A stretch of DNA of 64,000 nt from Nemertoderma westbladi (GCA_032718475.1 JAUCBJ010007473.1:1-64000); one strand, 5' to 3'. Positions 38,602 to 52,454 are shown, numbered from the stretch's first letter. Notes: a model not told the origin generated them from the letters alone. Numbers and translations are program-made.

Positions 38602-38678
38602 TAACAGATTGCTCCGGTCTTTTTGCCTTTGTTTCTAGGCATGGAGTCTTTAAGGTTTGTGTTAAATTGTGAACTGTT

Positions 38679-40380
38679 TCAGATAACTCTAACGTTAGTT
38701 TTAAAGTTTTCCAATTCTGGGTCAACGTTTTTAGGAGGAGGCCTATTAAACTCGCCGATGGAGTCTTTAGAGTCTGTTCTCATGCTGAGATTCTGGCACG
38801 TGGGTCGACGTGGTTTAGGTGTCACATGTTGAGTTTGTGTCTTCTCCTCACTAATGGGCTCTGTATTTGCCTCATTTATTGCGCGTAGAGCCTCCACTAA
38901 CTGTTCATTTGTTATCTTTAGCGGTCCTTTGTTGACATAATCTGAGGGCAGTACACCTCCAAACCCCTCCTGTGAGGGAGGGAAGGCCGGGCCCGCCTCT
39001 TCAGAAACCTGTCCCGATTGTTCAGTGTCATTATTCTTATCATTATCATTACTCGTCGATTTATCTATAAGAGATTTGTCTACGGGCTCTTCCCATTCCC
39101 TCTGCAAGGGCTCTGTTTGTTGTATTTTTGAGACTCTGTGGTTACTCAACTTTAACAGGTTTGTATTGAGGTCGGTCTAGGAAGCTTCTGGTGTCTATTA
39201 GAGGTATGTTCGGTATAGTGGGTTCTGGAACATCTTCTCCTTCACTCCTTTTAACTTCAACTTCCTCCATACGAATTCGATACTCTGTAGCGACTTGTGT
39301 ATCACGTAAAACTTGAGCATTATAGTCCAGTTCTCTTTCTTTATGTTCATGGTATTTCAATTTTTCATAATGCGAGTTAAATATTTTTTGGATTTATTTG
39401 TTATGAATATTCCAATATCAGTACTGGGTGCGGGAATATAAAATTTGGGTATATTCAATAGACTGGGGGCGATTTATGGGCAATATTGGGGCGACTTACG
39501 GGGCACGGGACTCATATCAGATATTTAAGGGCCAAGGGTGGGAGGTAAAATCAAGCAGTACTTTAGGTGTCAGGGTTGCCTGATACTTATTTAGGCCTAG
39601 ACAACCTCCTTCTACTTCGGTAGTTGGTAACCCGCTAGGCCTGGGGACAAGGACTGCCCTTAGCGGTTCCTGGCCACCAGCAGTGATTACGAGCCTGAAA
39701 AGGATTCGGAAAGCTTGCTGATGCCAGGGATTTGCGACGGGAACTGACAGATCCTTAGCGGTCCCTGGTCACCGGCAGTGTTTACGAGTCTGAAAAGGAT
39801 TTGGAAAGCTTGCTGACTGCGCCAGTGACTTGCGAAGGATCGACCGACTGGACGAAGGAAGGGTTCGACGAGGACTGAATTCCTGGCGTGGGGTTCCACG
39901 ACCGGCGTTAGTATGAGCCTGAAAAGGATTCGGAAAGCTCCGACAGTTGGGACTCACAACGGGCCGACAGACCCCTAGCCAAGCCGTACCGCTTTCCTGA
40001 TGACCGATCCCTTCGGGGTTCGGGAAGGGTGGGACAGACACGCAACAGGGTCGAAAGACAGAGGACCAGACTCTACTGGCCTACCGACTATTCAGAGCAG
40101 CTTCTCGGCCACCAACGCGACTACGAGCCTGAAAAGGATTCGGAAAGCTTAGGTGGTTGGGACCCTGCGATGAACCGACAGACCCCTAGCCAAGCCATAC
40201 CGCTTTCCTAATGACCGATCCCTTCGGGGTTCGGGAAGGGTGGGACGGACACGCAACTGGGTCGACCGACCCAACAGACCCTTAGCCAAGCCGTACCGCT
40301 TTCCTGATGACCGATCCCTTCGGGGTTCGGGAAGGGTGAGACGGACATGCAACAGGGTCGACCGACACTGACACTACGGT
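38679..40380 (-). mobile_element. Probable retroelement leader (GC-rich tandem modules, 39655-40370) plus a degenerate low-complexity gag-like ORF
   Basis: Collinear minus-strand ORFs 39360-38679 preceded by repeated modules; no diagnostic domain. Confidence 0.35.
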
Positions 40381-40968
40381 ACAGGGACTAGAACTGAGGG
40401 AAAATGGGGATCATTAGTTAGGTTAAAATCTGAAAGCGAACAGTGGGTAATTAAATAATGTACTGTAGGAATTTATATATTTGTGTATTATTGTGAATAT
40501 TTGGTATATTGGTGTGGGGAAGCCCAAATTATTCTCAATCAGAGTTCAATCAGAGTTTAAGTTACATTAAAGATTATATCCAACCAATGCAGTTTTTTCT
40601 CTACTCGCAATTCTGCATCTCAGGTAATATCTCCTTCTCTACTCCCAATACCCGGTGACTGGCCAGAATCAAGTGGTCTGAAAATTCCACCACCAGCATC
40701 GGCGTTTTCCCCCTTGGTGTTGGGAATAATGGCAACAAATTTGAGAATAATACGTGGTCAACTTCAACTGGTGGAAGTTGGGAATTCAACAGTAAAGTAT
40801 TCACTTTACTGTTGAATTCCCAACTTCCACCTCATATATGTATGTATTATTCTCAATTTTGTCAAACCCTCTCCGTGCCTAACCAGCACCCACTACGAGG
40901 AAACTCTGGTATTTGATTTGAGACAAAGTCGTGGCTTAATAAACTTTTATAAACGAAGCGTTAGAATA

Positions 40969-43735
40969 ATGGAGGATAACGTCTACGACACTGATGGGGT
41001 AGAACCCCATACAGACTCAGATACTGACAAGGTCCCCAATTTTAAAAACATGGCACGTCGGTAGGGCGCTCTCAAAGGCGGAGTCACTCGAGTCTATAAC
41101 CGCATCGAGAAACAACTAAAGGGAGTCGAGACCCCCCTCAGCGACATACAAACTCAGTTACAAAAAATTCTAAGTATCCTCCAACGATACGAACGAATGA
41201 TACAAGCATATCAGGAACTAATTCCCGCAACCGATCTGGAAAACTACCCCAGAATGGAGGAACATACTGCACATTTGGAAGAGTTCTGTAAACAACATCG
41301 GAGGACCCTCAGCCTCGTGAGAGGTTATGAGGAACAATACTACAAAAGGACCGAAAGGGCGGATGTGGAATCAGTGCGGACCTCCGGTACCAGGACATTG
41401 GTTCCAAGAAAAAGGATCGGGTCCTCGAGGCACCAGCACTCCAGTGCCAGAAGTGAGATATCCGGATCAGCACGTAGTTCCCAAGGGGGTCAACCACTCC
41501 GAGACCAGCTACGAGAACAGAGGGCACTGGCCCTTAAAGCCCGAATGGAGGATGAATATGTTCAATTACAGATCGAACAGGACGTACTAGCAGAGGAAAG
41601 ACATAAACAGGAGGCCGAACTACAGGCCAAAAGACAAAAGCAAGTAGCCGAAATACAGGCCGAAAGATGTAAACAAGAGGCCGAACAACGTAAACAAGAG
41701 GCTGAACAACGTAAATGAGAGGCCGAACAACAGGCCGAACAATGTAAACAAGAGGCCGAAAGGAATAAACAAGAGGCCGAAAGACATAAACAAGAGGCCG
41801 AACAACAGGCCGAAATACGTAAACGAGAGGTTGAACAACAGGCTGAAATACGTAAACAAGAGGCCGAAATGTGTAAACGAAATGCTGAGGCCCAAGCAAT
41901 TCTTATTCACAAGAAGAATGCGGATATTGCTAAACTCGCAGACTATGAAGCCGCACTCATAGAACGGGACCTTCAACTGTACGAGGACTGGGAAAGGTGT
42001 ATAGTACAGGACTATGAACCAACCCCGGTTCCGGAATTAGAAAAGTCATTTACGCCACCAGCTGCGAAACCTCCGAAAACCGAGTTCCCACCGGTCATAC
42101 GGTCCACACTATCGGCACAAGCACCAGTGTTCCATCCCCCACCGGTTACGCTCAAGAACGAGGAACCCTATTTCCCCTCCAACCCTACGGCACCGAGCGT
42201 TCCCCAGTACAAGCCTGAAAGGGACTCGGAACAGGATGCCACCCCTCGATCCAATAATCCATTCACGTCCAACCCGAAAACCCATAATTGCGTCATTATT
42301 AAAACTCCACCTCTTATCGATCCATCATGTATGGGAGAGAGCGTTAATAATTACGGCCTTCCTAGTCATTCCAGTTCGGACGATGTCGGCATCATCCGAG
42401 CCTTGGAGAACCGCCTAGCTATGCCCAAGATGGAAATCCGTACCTTCGAGGGCGACCCCGTCAACTACCTCAGATTTAAAAAACGGTTCTTTGCTCAGAT
42501 CGGCTCAACAGACATAACCGACGCGCAAGAACTGGTATATTTGTCTCAGTATTTGGGTGACAAACCACGCCGTATAGTTCGGTGCTTCGAAGGAGGATCC
42601 CATGAGGCTTACCACGATGCGTGGAAAACACTTGATAAGAGATACGGCAACGTTGGAACCATAATTAACAAGATGCTTGAAAAACTGATACAGGATGCTG
42701 GATCCCTAGGAGACCCACAGAATATACAAGAGTTTTCGGACTCAATGAAGGACGCCTATTATACTTTGAAACCATTAAACTAAGAGGAACAAGTAAATAA
42801 CATCTTAAACCTCCGACAGATTGCCCGGAAATTTCCTGGATGGTTACAAAGTAAATGGGCATATAAATGTGTGGATCACAGACGCAGACACCTGGACCGG
42901 GATCCTAGTTTCCTTGAAATGTCGGCATTCCTAGATGATATCTCCGAAGCCATGAATGACTCGATGTTCTCCAAGCAAAGTCTCTCCAAATTAGATGGAA
43001 TAGAGAACAACTCTAGGAGCAGAGCACCCACTCCAAAACCGAGATTCCGCCCCCCTCCGGTGAGTACGATGGCCATCACCATGGCCGAGGATTCGGACGA
43101 CGAGGATTATGAGGAACCGACATCGGCAGAGGAATGGGCGTGTTATCTGGCGAACTGGGCACCCGAGAGGGAAGGCACCAAAACCTCCCTTCTATGTCTC
43201 TTCTGTGGAGAGAAACACAAAGTGGAATTCTGCAGAAAATTCCAGTTCGCTGAATTAGTCCCACGCTTCGAGGCAATCATGAAACACCGAGGATGCTTCC
43301 AGTGTCTTGGTACAGGCCATTACGTGCGGGATTGTGAACAGAGGTCATGTTGCGCAGTCTGCAACGATCTACGACATCACACACTCCTCCACATTCCTGC
43401 AAACTTTGACTTCACTACACTACCATTCCGAATTGAGTCCAAGTGAAGAGGGGAAACAAACAACGTCTCAAAGGGTCCCTGGACGATCCAGCGGAGAGAA
43501 ACAAACCCGTTCAAGACCACCGATGACGTATCACATGTAACCAGCATATCAGCTACGGTCAATCTGATAAACCGACGGTATATGGTTTTCGCCAAGGTAA
43601 TACCGGTAAGGATCCAAGGCGTCGGGAAATCCCTGACCACACTCGCGTTCCTGGATAATGGGTCAGATGGAACTATAATCGACAGGGATTTTCTGGGACA
43701 GCTGGGCCTAGAATACGAACCCTGCAAGCGACAAA
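40969..43735 (+). mobile_element. BEL/Pao gag and protease start (pseudogenised by stops)
   Basis: R*GALKGGVTR, EAE-rich coiled coil, MPKMEIRTFEGDPVNYLRF (DUF1759-like), CLFCGEKH..C, GCFQCLGTGH..C, CAVC..HHTLLH, AFLDNGSD. Confidence 0.9.
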
Positions 43736-44049
43736 TAAAATATACTAAATTGTACCGCAGAGAACATAGGATCGGCAGCATGCCGATCCTAGTAATAACT
43801 TTTAGTAACTAATCTCTTACACGATACTGCTGTACTGCACCATGCAAATATAACCTGTTATCTGTCAGTCTGTACCTACTGCTGTAAACTACTCCCTCAC
43901 CGGGTACCGGTACCCCTAACCATACATTCCATAATCCAGTAATCTGCGGTCCATTCCATTATCTGTGGCAAATCACCCATACGCTGACCCTTTTACACGT
44001 GAGCCCCATTGTCCTCTTCTAAAACTAAACTCGAGACACCCCCACAATC

Positions 44050-44744
44050 ATGCCAACTCGCAATGAACACCAAGATATTTCCACACGAATGGATCGACTT
44101 GAGAAACTTTTGGCTGCTGTATCTTCCGACTTAAAAGCCATTACCACCCAATTAAACCCAACCGATGGGTCCCCCTCACTTATACAAACGATTAATATCC
44201 TACGCGATGAAAACGGATACCTTAAAGAGAATCTCAATGCCGTTCGCGATTCCTCAACCAGTACATAAGACGACACAATGTCCTCCTTCACGGAATCCCG
44301 GAAGGAAATCCCAAATCCGACTGTGATTGTCTCTTGCAGATATTATCCTCTCTGTCCATTAATCCAAATTTACTCGATGTTTGTCATCGCCTAGGACGAC
44401 CTAAATCAAAACCTCGACCTTTATTAATACGCTTCCTGGGACACGCAACACATTACACTATTCATTCATGGAAAGCCGAACTACCAAAAGGAATCTACCC
44501 GAGTGATCACCTCACAACTTATCGCGCTTCACTACTGCGTGAGTGTACATCGCTGAAGGCCAATAAGCAAATCTTTGCCGCGTATTCCTTTAACGGTGTG
44601 GTTTGCATCCGTATAAGGAAGAATTCAGATCCCATCCAAATCCACAAATTAGCCGATATTCCGTCGCGCCATGCTTTGTCCTCTAACGATACCCCCCCTG
44701 CCCGATACTCATATTGGGTCTGCCTCCATCAATCCGATCAGTAG
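44050..44744 (+). mobile_element. CR1/L2-group LINE ORF1 (degenerate)
   Basis: Coiled coil, then VCHRLG..PRPLLIRF..IYPSDHLT..AYSFNGVVCIR (RRM/CTD-type ORF1). Confidence 0.8.
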
Positions 44745-44899
44745 CGGGGTACGTCTCCTCCGCAGCTCTGGAGCGAGTGAGGTCCCTCCTGTCGATCTGT
44801 AACTAGGTTTAATTACACTATTACGTATGTCTTACAATCTGTATAACAATATATATATATATATATATATCAACTGATGATATATCAGTTGATACCATA

Positions 44900-45790
44900 T
44901 TTTATGTTAGTAACACTGAACCTATATTAGGATCAATACAAAAGATAGTAGACAAACATACACCTATTCTAAGAACAGACATCAGGACCAAGCAACTCAT
45001 TGACTCTTATAAAATAGTAAATATTAACCGTAGGGCCCCTACGCTAAAGGGAATTTTAGCTCCATCCAGTTTAACATCAAAGCAGAAGAACCAGGCAAAT
45101 ACCACACATGCTGGATCTAAAAAATGTACAAGACAGAAATGTATACCATGTGAAGCGATAAAACCAACAAAACAATTCGGATTAAACTCGACCCGTTTGA
45201 AAACTAAATATGAAATTAAACAGCGCCTTACCTGTGATGACAAAGATATAATATATTTAGCAAAATGTAAAATATGTAACTTACAAGGAATCGGATCAAC
45301 AGAAACATTTAAACCAAGGCTATCACAATATAAGTGTAATATAAAGAATCATAAGCCACAAACGACTATAGAGAAACATTTTTTTAAAAATAAAAACCAT
45401 GATTTTTCGCATTTCGAAATAACACCCATTGAAAAGGTCCATTACAAAGGCAGGGGAAAGAAAGATCAGCGACGGGAGATCCGTACAAGGGAAGGATACT
45501 GGCAGTTCACCTTAAGAACAATCAAGCCATTTGGTCTCAACACTATAAATGAAGCGGTTTGCAATAATTTCGGCTTAGACGTATTTAATCCAGATTAGAG
45601 AACTCATTATGTAGACTAATGTACTGTAGACGCTTAATTTTCATGGAAACTGTAATGAATTAGCTATTTATTTATTTAATTATTTAAATCACTTGAAAAA
45701 GAAATATTATATTATTTCGAAAGCTTGTGTAATTTCTTATAATTTTTATTTAACATGGTTGATCTTGGTTTCCTTACAATTATATTTATA
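44900..45790 (+). mobile_element. Penelope-like element 3' part (GIY-YIG endonuclease)
   Basis: C..C..C..IKQRLTC..DIIYLAKCKICNLQGIGST..RLSQYK..KHF..IE..REGYWQFTLRTIKPFGLN. Confidence 0.9.
45690..45729 (+). ncRNA. Minimal type-I hammerhead ribozyme (U3-A8 variant) in the Penelope 3' region
   Basis: CAC-UUGAAAA-A-GAAAUA(uuauau)UAUUUC-GAAA-GC-UU-GUG: stem I, core, 6-bp stem II and palindromic AAGCUU stem III. Confidence 0.75.
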
Positions 45791-46059
45791 TATTTTATAT
45801 ATATATCAACTATATATATGAAACACATAACTATATGACAAATTATTATTACGATTTATATTGGAAAGGAGTATATTTGATATTAATAATCTGATTTATA
45901 TTTGATGAAAGTGATTACAATTTAAAATAGGTAGTAACTTTGTGTATGTATGCGATTTATTTGAAAGTGATATTGAATTAATAATATTGCATCGTAACTA
46001 GAGTTGAAACAAAGACTTTAACCTAACCATACATATAATGTACACGTAAGCTTTATATT

Positions 46060-47190
46060 TAAAGTAAATACGATTTATATTTGAAAGTAAATACCGATTT
46101 GAAAGTGAATACCCGTACGATTTATATTTGAAAATAATTACCAGTACAATTTATATTTGAAAGTGATTACCGGTATGATTTATATTTGAAGTGATTACCG
46201 GTTCAATTTATATTTGAAAGTGATTACCGGTACGATTTATATTTGAAGTGATTACCGGTTTGATTTATATTTGAGAGTGACTACCGGTTCGATTTATATT
46301 TGAAAGTGATTACCGGTTCGATTTATATTTGAAAGTGATTACCGGTTCGATTTATATTTGAAGTGATTACCGGTTCGATTTATATTTGAAGTGATTACCG
46401 GTTCGATTTATATTTGAAAGTGATTACCAGTTCGATTTATATTTGAAAGTGATTACCGGTTCGATTTATATTTGAAAGTGATTACCGGTTCGATTTATAT
46501 TTGAAGTGATTACGGGTTCGATTTATATTTGAAAGTGATTACCGGTTCGATTTATATTTGAAGTGATTACCGGTTCGATTTATATTTGAAAGTGATTACC
46601 GGTACGATTTATATTTGAAGTGATTACCGGTTTGATTTATATTTGAAAGTGATTACCGGTACGATTTATATTTGAAGTGATTACCGGTTTGATTTATATT
46701 TGAAAGTGATTACCGGTACGATTTATATTTGAAGTAATTACCAGTTCGATTTATATTTGAAAGTGACTACCGGTTTGATTTATATTTGAAAGTGATTACT
46801 GGTTCGATTTATATTTGAAAGTGATTACCGGTTCGATTTATATTTGAAAGTGATTACCGGTTCGATTTATATTTGAAGTGATTACCGGTTCGATTTATAT
46901 TTGAAAGTGATTACCGGTTCGATTTATATTTGAAGTGATTACCGGTTCGATTTATGTTTGAAAGTGATTACTGGTTCGATTTATATTTGAAAGTGAATAC
47001 CAGTTCAATTTATATTTGAAAGTGATTACCGGTTCGATTTATATTTGAAGTGATTACCGGTTCGATTTATATTTGAAAGTGATTACCGGTTCGATTTATA
47101 TTTGAAGTGATTACCGGTTCGATTTATATTTGAAAGTGATTACCGGTACGATTTATATTTGAAAGTGATTACTGGTACGATTTATTTATA
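46060..47190. repeat. 28/29-bp satellite (GATTTATATTTGA(A)AGTGATTACCGGTTC)n
   Basis: Visible tandem array with degenerate monomers back to ~45890. Confidence 0.97.
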
Positions 47191-47559
47191 TTTGAAAGTT
47201 AATACGATTTATATTTGACAGTAGTAATATTGCCTCTGTGTGTATGTACTGTATATACAACTTATAATAGGTGCCAGTAATACCCATTCCGTTATTACTG
47301 CTACTACTACTCATTAATTATAAATTAAGGAGAGTGATTGTGTTTAATTACTAACCCTTTTGGGATACTAGACCAGTACCCGGTTTTATTTAGTCCCCAT
47401 TATATTTCCTACTTATTTTGCAGTATGTTTGTACAGTTCGTACAGTTTGTAGGTCTATTTGGTATAGCTCTTGCAGCTTGTTTTTTATTTTTTTTCCCTT
47501 GCTTGTCTACCTACTATGTCAATCAATCCCACCACCCCCCCCCCCACCCCCAATCCCCT

Positions 47560-47698
47560 ACCCGCCCCAGACTTACTTGTTACTTCTGCTACTCTAAATT
47601 TGGCCGCACCGATAAAACTTTCAATTGCTATTTATGTAATAATAATTTTCATTTTCCCTGTGGAACCCATCTAGCCCCCAGTAACGTCAGCGACTTAT
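47560..47698 (+). mobile_element. N-terminal half of the PHD finger of CR1 ORF2 (continues at 56451)
   Basis: CYFC..CYLC..HFPC..SDL joins in frame to LSRATNNLFCIYCYREIFPF. Confidence 0.72.
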
Positions 47699-50600
47699 AA
47701 TAAATAATAATAATTGTTTATTCCAGGACCCCCAAGTTTCCCTGGTGTCCCATAACGTACATGGCCTATAGTTCTAGCATAAACCAAAAGTAGAGTAAAG
47801 TAATGTAGTAAGGAAACACAATTGTATGTACACGTAATAAATTAATAAGACCATTATTCAGCCCAATTTCTTAAAACAGACATCCCCATGATTCTACTAT
47901 GGCAGCAAGTGGTCATAATAGTTGCCTGTACGAGGCTATTCGGGCAACTATATGCACGGCCTAAAAAAGACGTTATAGCCCCCGATCTAATATGAATAAA
48001 CTTTGGTAACCCCATGCTACCAAACATATACGAAGCACTGCACCCCCATGGAAATTTGAATAACCTCCTTGCTGTATTATTATACGCTACCCTAAACTTA
48101 TTACGCACCATGCTAGAATAATTTGACCTGGCCCACAGATAATTACAGTATACCTGGGTTCAAAAACTACGAAATAATTTAATTTTTACCGTAACCGAGC
48201 ACCCCCCGAATTTCCTAATTATAATATTTGCACGCCTATAAAAACTACGAAGTTGATTGTAAATATCAAAATCATCATCGGTAGAGCTACACAGGATGTG
48301 CCCTAAGTACTTTACCTCTGACACTACTTCAATATTAAGACCATTAATTGTAACCTGACCGACATCTGTATTCTTCGCACATTTTGGAAAATGAAATAAG
48401 CACTTGGTTTTCTTACAATTTACTTTTATACAATGTTCTAATGCGTACGATTCAAAAATATGAAGTAACTTTTGTAACCCATTAATCGAATTCGAACATA
48501 TCGCTAAGTCATCCGCGTACATTAAATTATTAATACGGACCCCTGACATTTGACACCCTATCCCCGAATTAGAAAGTTCCTTACTTAGGTCATCTATATA
48601 AACACTATACAGGTACGGCGATAATATCCCACCCTGTTTCGTACCATTTGAAACCTGAAAACTCTCTGATATGCACTCCCCCCATTTTACAAAAAGAACC
48701 TGTGATCTATACCACATACATAATACCCTAATATAAAATAACGGAACACCCCTATTTATCAGTTTCCGAAATAACTTTCGAAGGCTTTCGAACTGTCAAT
48801 AAAACAAACATACACAGCACTATCATTATCCAGGTAATACTGTACCATTTCTTTAAGTGTAAAAATACACAAATCAGTCCCTGAGCCTTTCTTAAAACCA
48901 AATTGTGAATCCGATGTAAATAACTTATCACAGAAATGTTCTAAGTAAACCAATTCTAATACTTTGCTATATACCGTAGAAATAGCGATACCCCTATAAT
49001 TATCGACGCTGGTTATGTCAGACGATTTGGAATGCAATACCACATAAATTTAAACTTAAAAATTCAAAACACTGTTTTTCTGCCTCATACAAAAAACAAT
49101 TACTCTCCACTCTCCCATAAACTTAACTAAACAGTTCTTCTCCAAAAAAATATAAAATTACAAAACTAATCCGAATACTGAATTTATCGTTAAAAAAAAT
49201 AAAAAAAAAAAAAAAACTCTCATATTCCTTTATTAAATTTAAACAATAAGTAATAAATATAATGTTTAACCTTGGCTTGAATGCTGCAATGCAGGAACCG
49301 ACACAAAAAAACTCCAGTACGTAACTACAATTAATGCTCATTAATAAATTGAATTCGATTGTAGAGTTGCTGCTGCGCCACCGTAGAGTCGCTTTACCCT
49401 TAACTAACTTATCTACAGCAAAAACAATTTCTATAGGTTTCACAATCATTTCTGCACTAAATTTAATATCTGATAAAGCACCTTCTACAAACTCTTTGTG
49501 AACATCTGCCTGCTTTGAGTTATATAAATTTTCAAATTTATTTTTAAAAAGGTTACACACATTTTCCTCACCTACGGCGTCACACACTTTATTTGATAAA
49601 GGAGTACTGGAACCGCTGAGCTTTCGGACATTCGACCAAAACTCTTTCTGATTGGTTGAGTAAACTGACTCAGCCAGCTTGTCACTTTTTATCTTAGCTA
49701 CATTTCGCCTAGCGTTCCGCATACTCCTTTTAAATTCAAGTTTGGTTTGCATATACTCATCAAATATATTACCTTGCCTGGGACACCCATTCGAGCGCCA
49801 CACGCGAAACATTAGCCTTGAATAATTATATCTATCTTTCAAATACTCATTCCAACCGGGAATGTTCTTACTATTATCTATACCAACACCACCGCGTCTA
49901 ATTGGAATGCATTGCGCTGCAGCATCTAGCATAGCTTTGGTGATATTGTTATGATAATTATCTACTAAACATTTATGTACCGTACACTTGCTATTGCGAC
50001 ATTGTAAGGCCGCTAATGGCACCACAATCTCTGACAACAATTTAGATAATGTCAACTCATATTGTTGACATTGAAGCGGTGTTGCTTTACTCCAATCAAA
50101 AACACGAACATTCGGGCTACTCGCAGCATGCGACGTGGTACCGGTTGTCTGGAAAAGAGTAGCCGGAACAGATATATTGCACGAAATCGGGGAATGATCA
50201 TCTACAGATAATTCATGATGAACATAAAAATTATTGATACACGGTAATAAGGAACCGGTACATACTGCATGGTCAAGCCACGAGCGAGACCCATGGGCGG
50301 CACTAACGTAAGTATCAGTACCTACTGGCAAATTCATTACATCACATAAATGCAAGTTACTATCACTGCACCAATCGGATACGTAAGTAAAAAATTCAGT
50401 GTTAATATCCGCATTAAAATCCCCAAAAACTAAACAATAATATGGTGTATTAGCACAGTCAGTGATTGCACTAATACGGCCAAGATAATCTAGAAATTCA
50501 GCCTCATTATCCTTACACTGATAGGGTAAGTATATATTGAGAAGCAAAATGTACTGATCATTGTGTAATTTAATTTTCACCCCCAAAATTCTGTTATCAT

Positions 50601-50913
50601 CATACTTCACACACTCTATGGCAGCTGCAATACTGCGCTTATATAGTATCGCGAGACCACCAAAAGGTCGCCCTCTCAGTAGTCCAGCGCTATAATCCAC
50701 AGGCGAAATACCTACGGCTAAGTAGCGGTTATCAATGCTCCCCAAAAAACTGAGATCCTGGACTGGGAGCATGTGCTCCTGTAAAATAATTATATCCTTC
50801 GATTGATTGCACAACTCCCTAATGGTGTTCATTGAATCTAGCGTCCTAACCGAATTACAATTATAAGATACAATATTCAAATTAGCCATTTTAAAAAAAA
50901 TAAGAAAATTAGA

Positions 50914-51434
50914 AACGAGAGAAAGCCGCCCCAATATTAGATTATTACAACAACATATCCATTGGGTAAGAAAGTGGAGGAGAGCCAGCCCGTCTCTTAA
51001 TTTTTTACTTTATATTACGCGATCAATTTTCACTCATCTCGTCATGAACCCAACATGTATGTAACCTTTTGTTAAATTTGTTGGCTATGCGTTTGCGGTT
51101 GTTTGGGCGGAGTGTGGTAGGCCTACACTTTTCACACTTAAATATTTTGGTTGTGAAATGTTACAGGGCATAGCGATCTGAGATATTTTATATATATTTT
51201 ATTATGAGAGGAAGAAGAACATATTTACATATAGAACGTTATTTACTATGTAACAAAATAATTGTTTTCGGGTTTAACTTGGAAGCCTCCCCAAATAGTT
51301 GATATACAATTATATTTAAAATTATTTCCATGGTCATGGTCATTCACCCGTCTTTAGTTAGAAATTTGTTTGCATGAAAGACAGTTTAGTTTTTACTGAT
51401 TTATTATCTCTTATCTGACTGGGGTAATAATAAA
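50914..51434 (-). mobile_element. DINE-1/HINE-like non-autonomous Helentron, copy 2
   Basis: Diverged reverse-complement match to 25991-26507 with the same end points. Confidence 0.65.
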
Positions 51435-52454
51435 GGATAGGATAAATGGAAGCAAAGTGTGACAGTAACAAATATTTCCCCGTCACCCTAGCATGTCTTA
51501 AGTATATGATATATCAAAGGGGGAAGTTTGGATTCACTGCATAAATGCAGTTCACCAAACTTCCCCCGAATGCACACTGTAACTTCCCCCTTCCCCCAAA
51601 TATCCACTGTTGAATTAATTTGAAGCGATATAATAAGTACAAAATTGTGCGAGTTTTTAATTGTGTGGTCCATTTGTTATTTGATCTCTATTTATTATTT
51701 AAAGTGCATTTAATATCACACTGGTTTTTAGAATATTATACTATACAACCTTATGTTTTATTAATTTACCCAATCGAAGCCTCATAAGGGCCGGTTATTT
51801 GTACGCATATCCCCTAATGCGCTCAGTAAGGTTCAAACAACATTAATATGAAAATAAAATATCTGCAAAGAAAATAACCCAATACTATATAATTTGACCT
51901 TATTAAAAAATTTGCACTTTTGCACACTTATTTGTACAAATGCACTTTAGCAGATCGTAATGGTGGCTCTTATTTAACAAACTTATGTTTATCCTCTACC
52001 GATCTACGATGGTGTATGATCAAGTGTCAGTCGCTAAAAGTGTCAAAAATCCAATTTAATAAATCTGGATTTGCGATTTTGGACCATATTCATGGACATT
52101 TTAAGTCACTTTATAGACATAAAAAGTTAAACAAATGTTACGATTATAGTTAGAAATCATTCCAAACTACATTTTAATCCAAAAAATAACATTCTACGAT
52201 GAATAGAACTGCAAATAATAGTGTTTGAAATATCGAAAAAATGTTCACTATTTAAGTGCATTTTGCACTAAATGCACATGCGTCTTTTCCCAAGTTTTAT
52301 CCTATTTCACACACTACAATCTATCCTCTATCCAATGAAAAAAGTTTCAGATTAAACGGCCCTGTAAAACCGAAGTTATTTATGTTTAAAAATAGTCACT
52401 CGAAAATTTCAAATTCTCTTGGTCACATAGTCTAGTGGTTATCAATCACGTTAA

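Noticed and set aside
44866-44895. CTGATGA within a short palindrome as a hammerhead or C/D box
   Set aside because: No GAAA core or compatible stems; a simple inverted repeat next to (AT)n.
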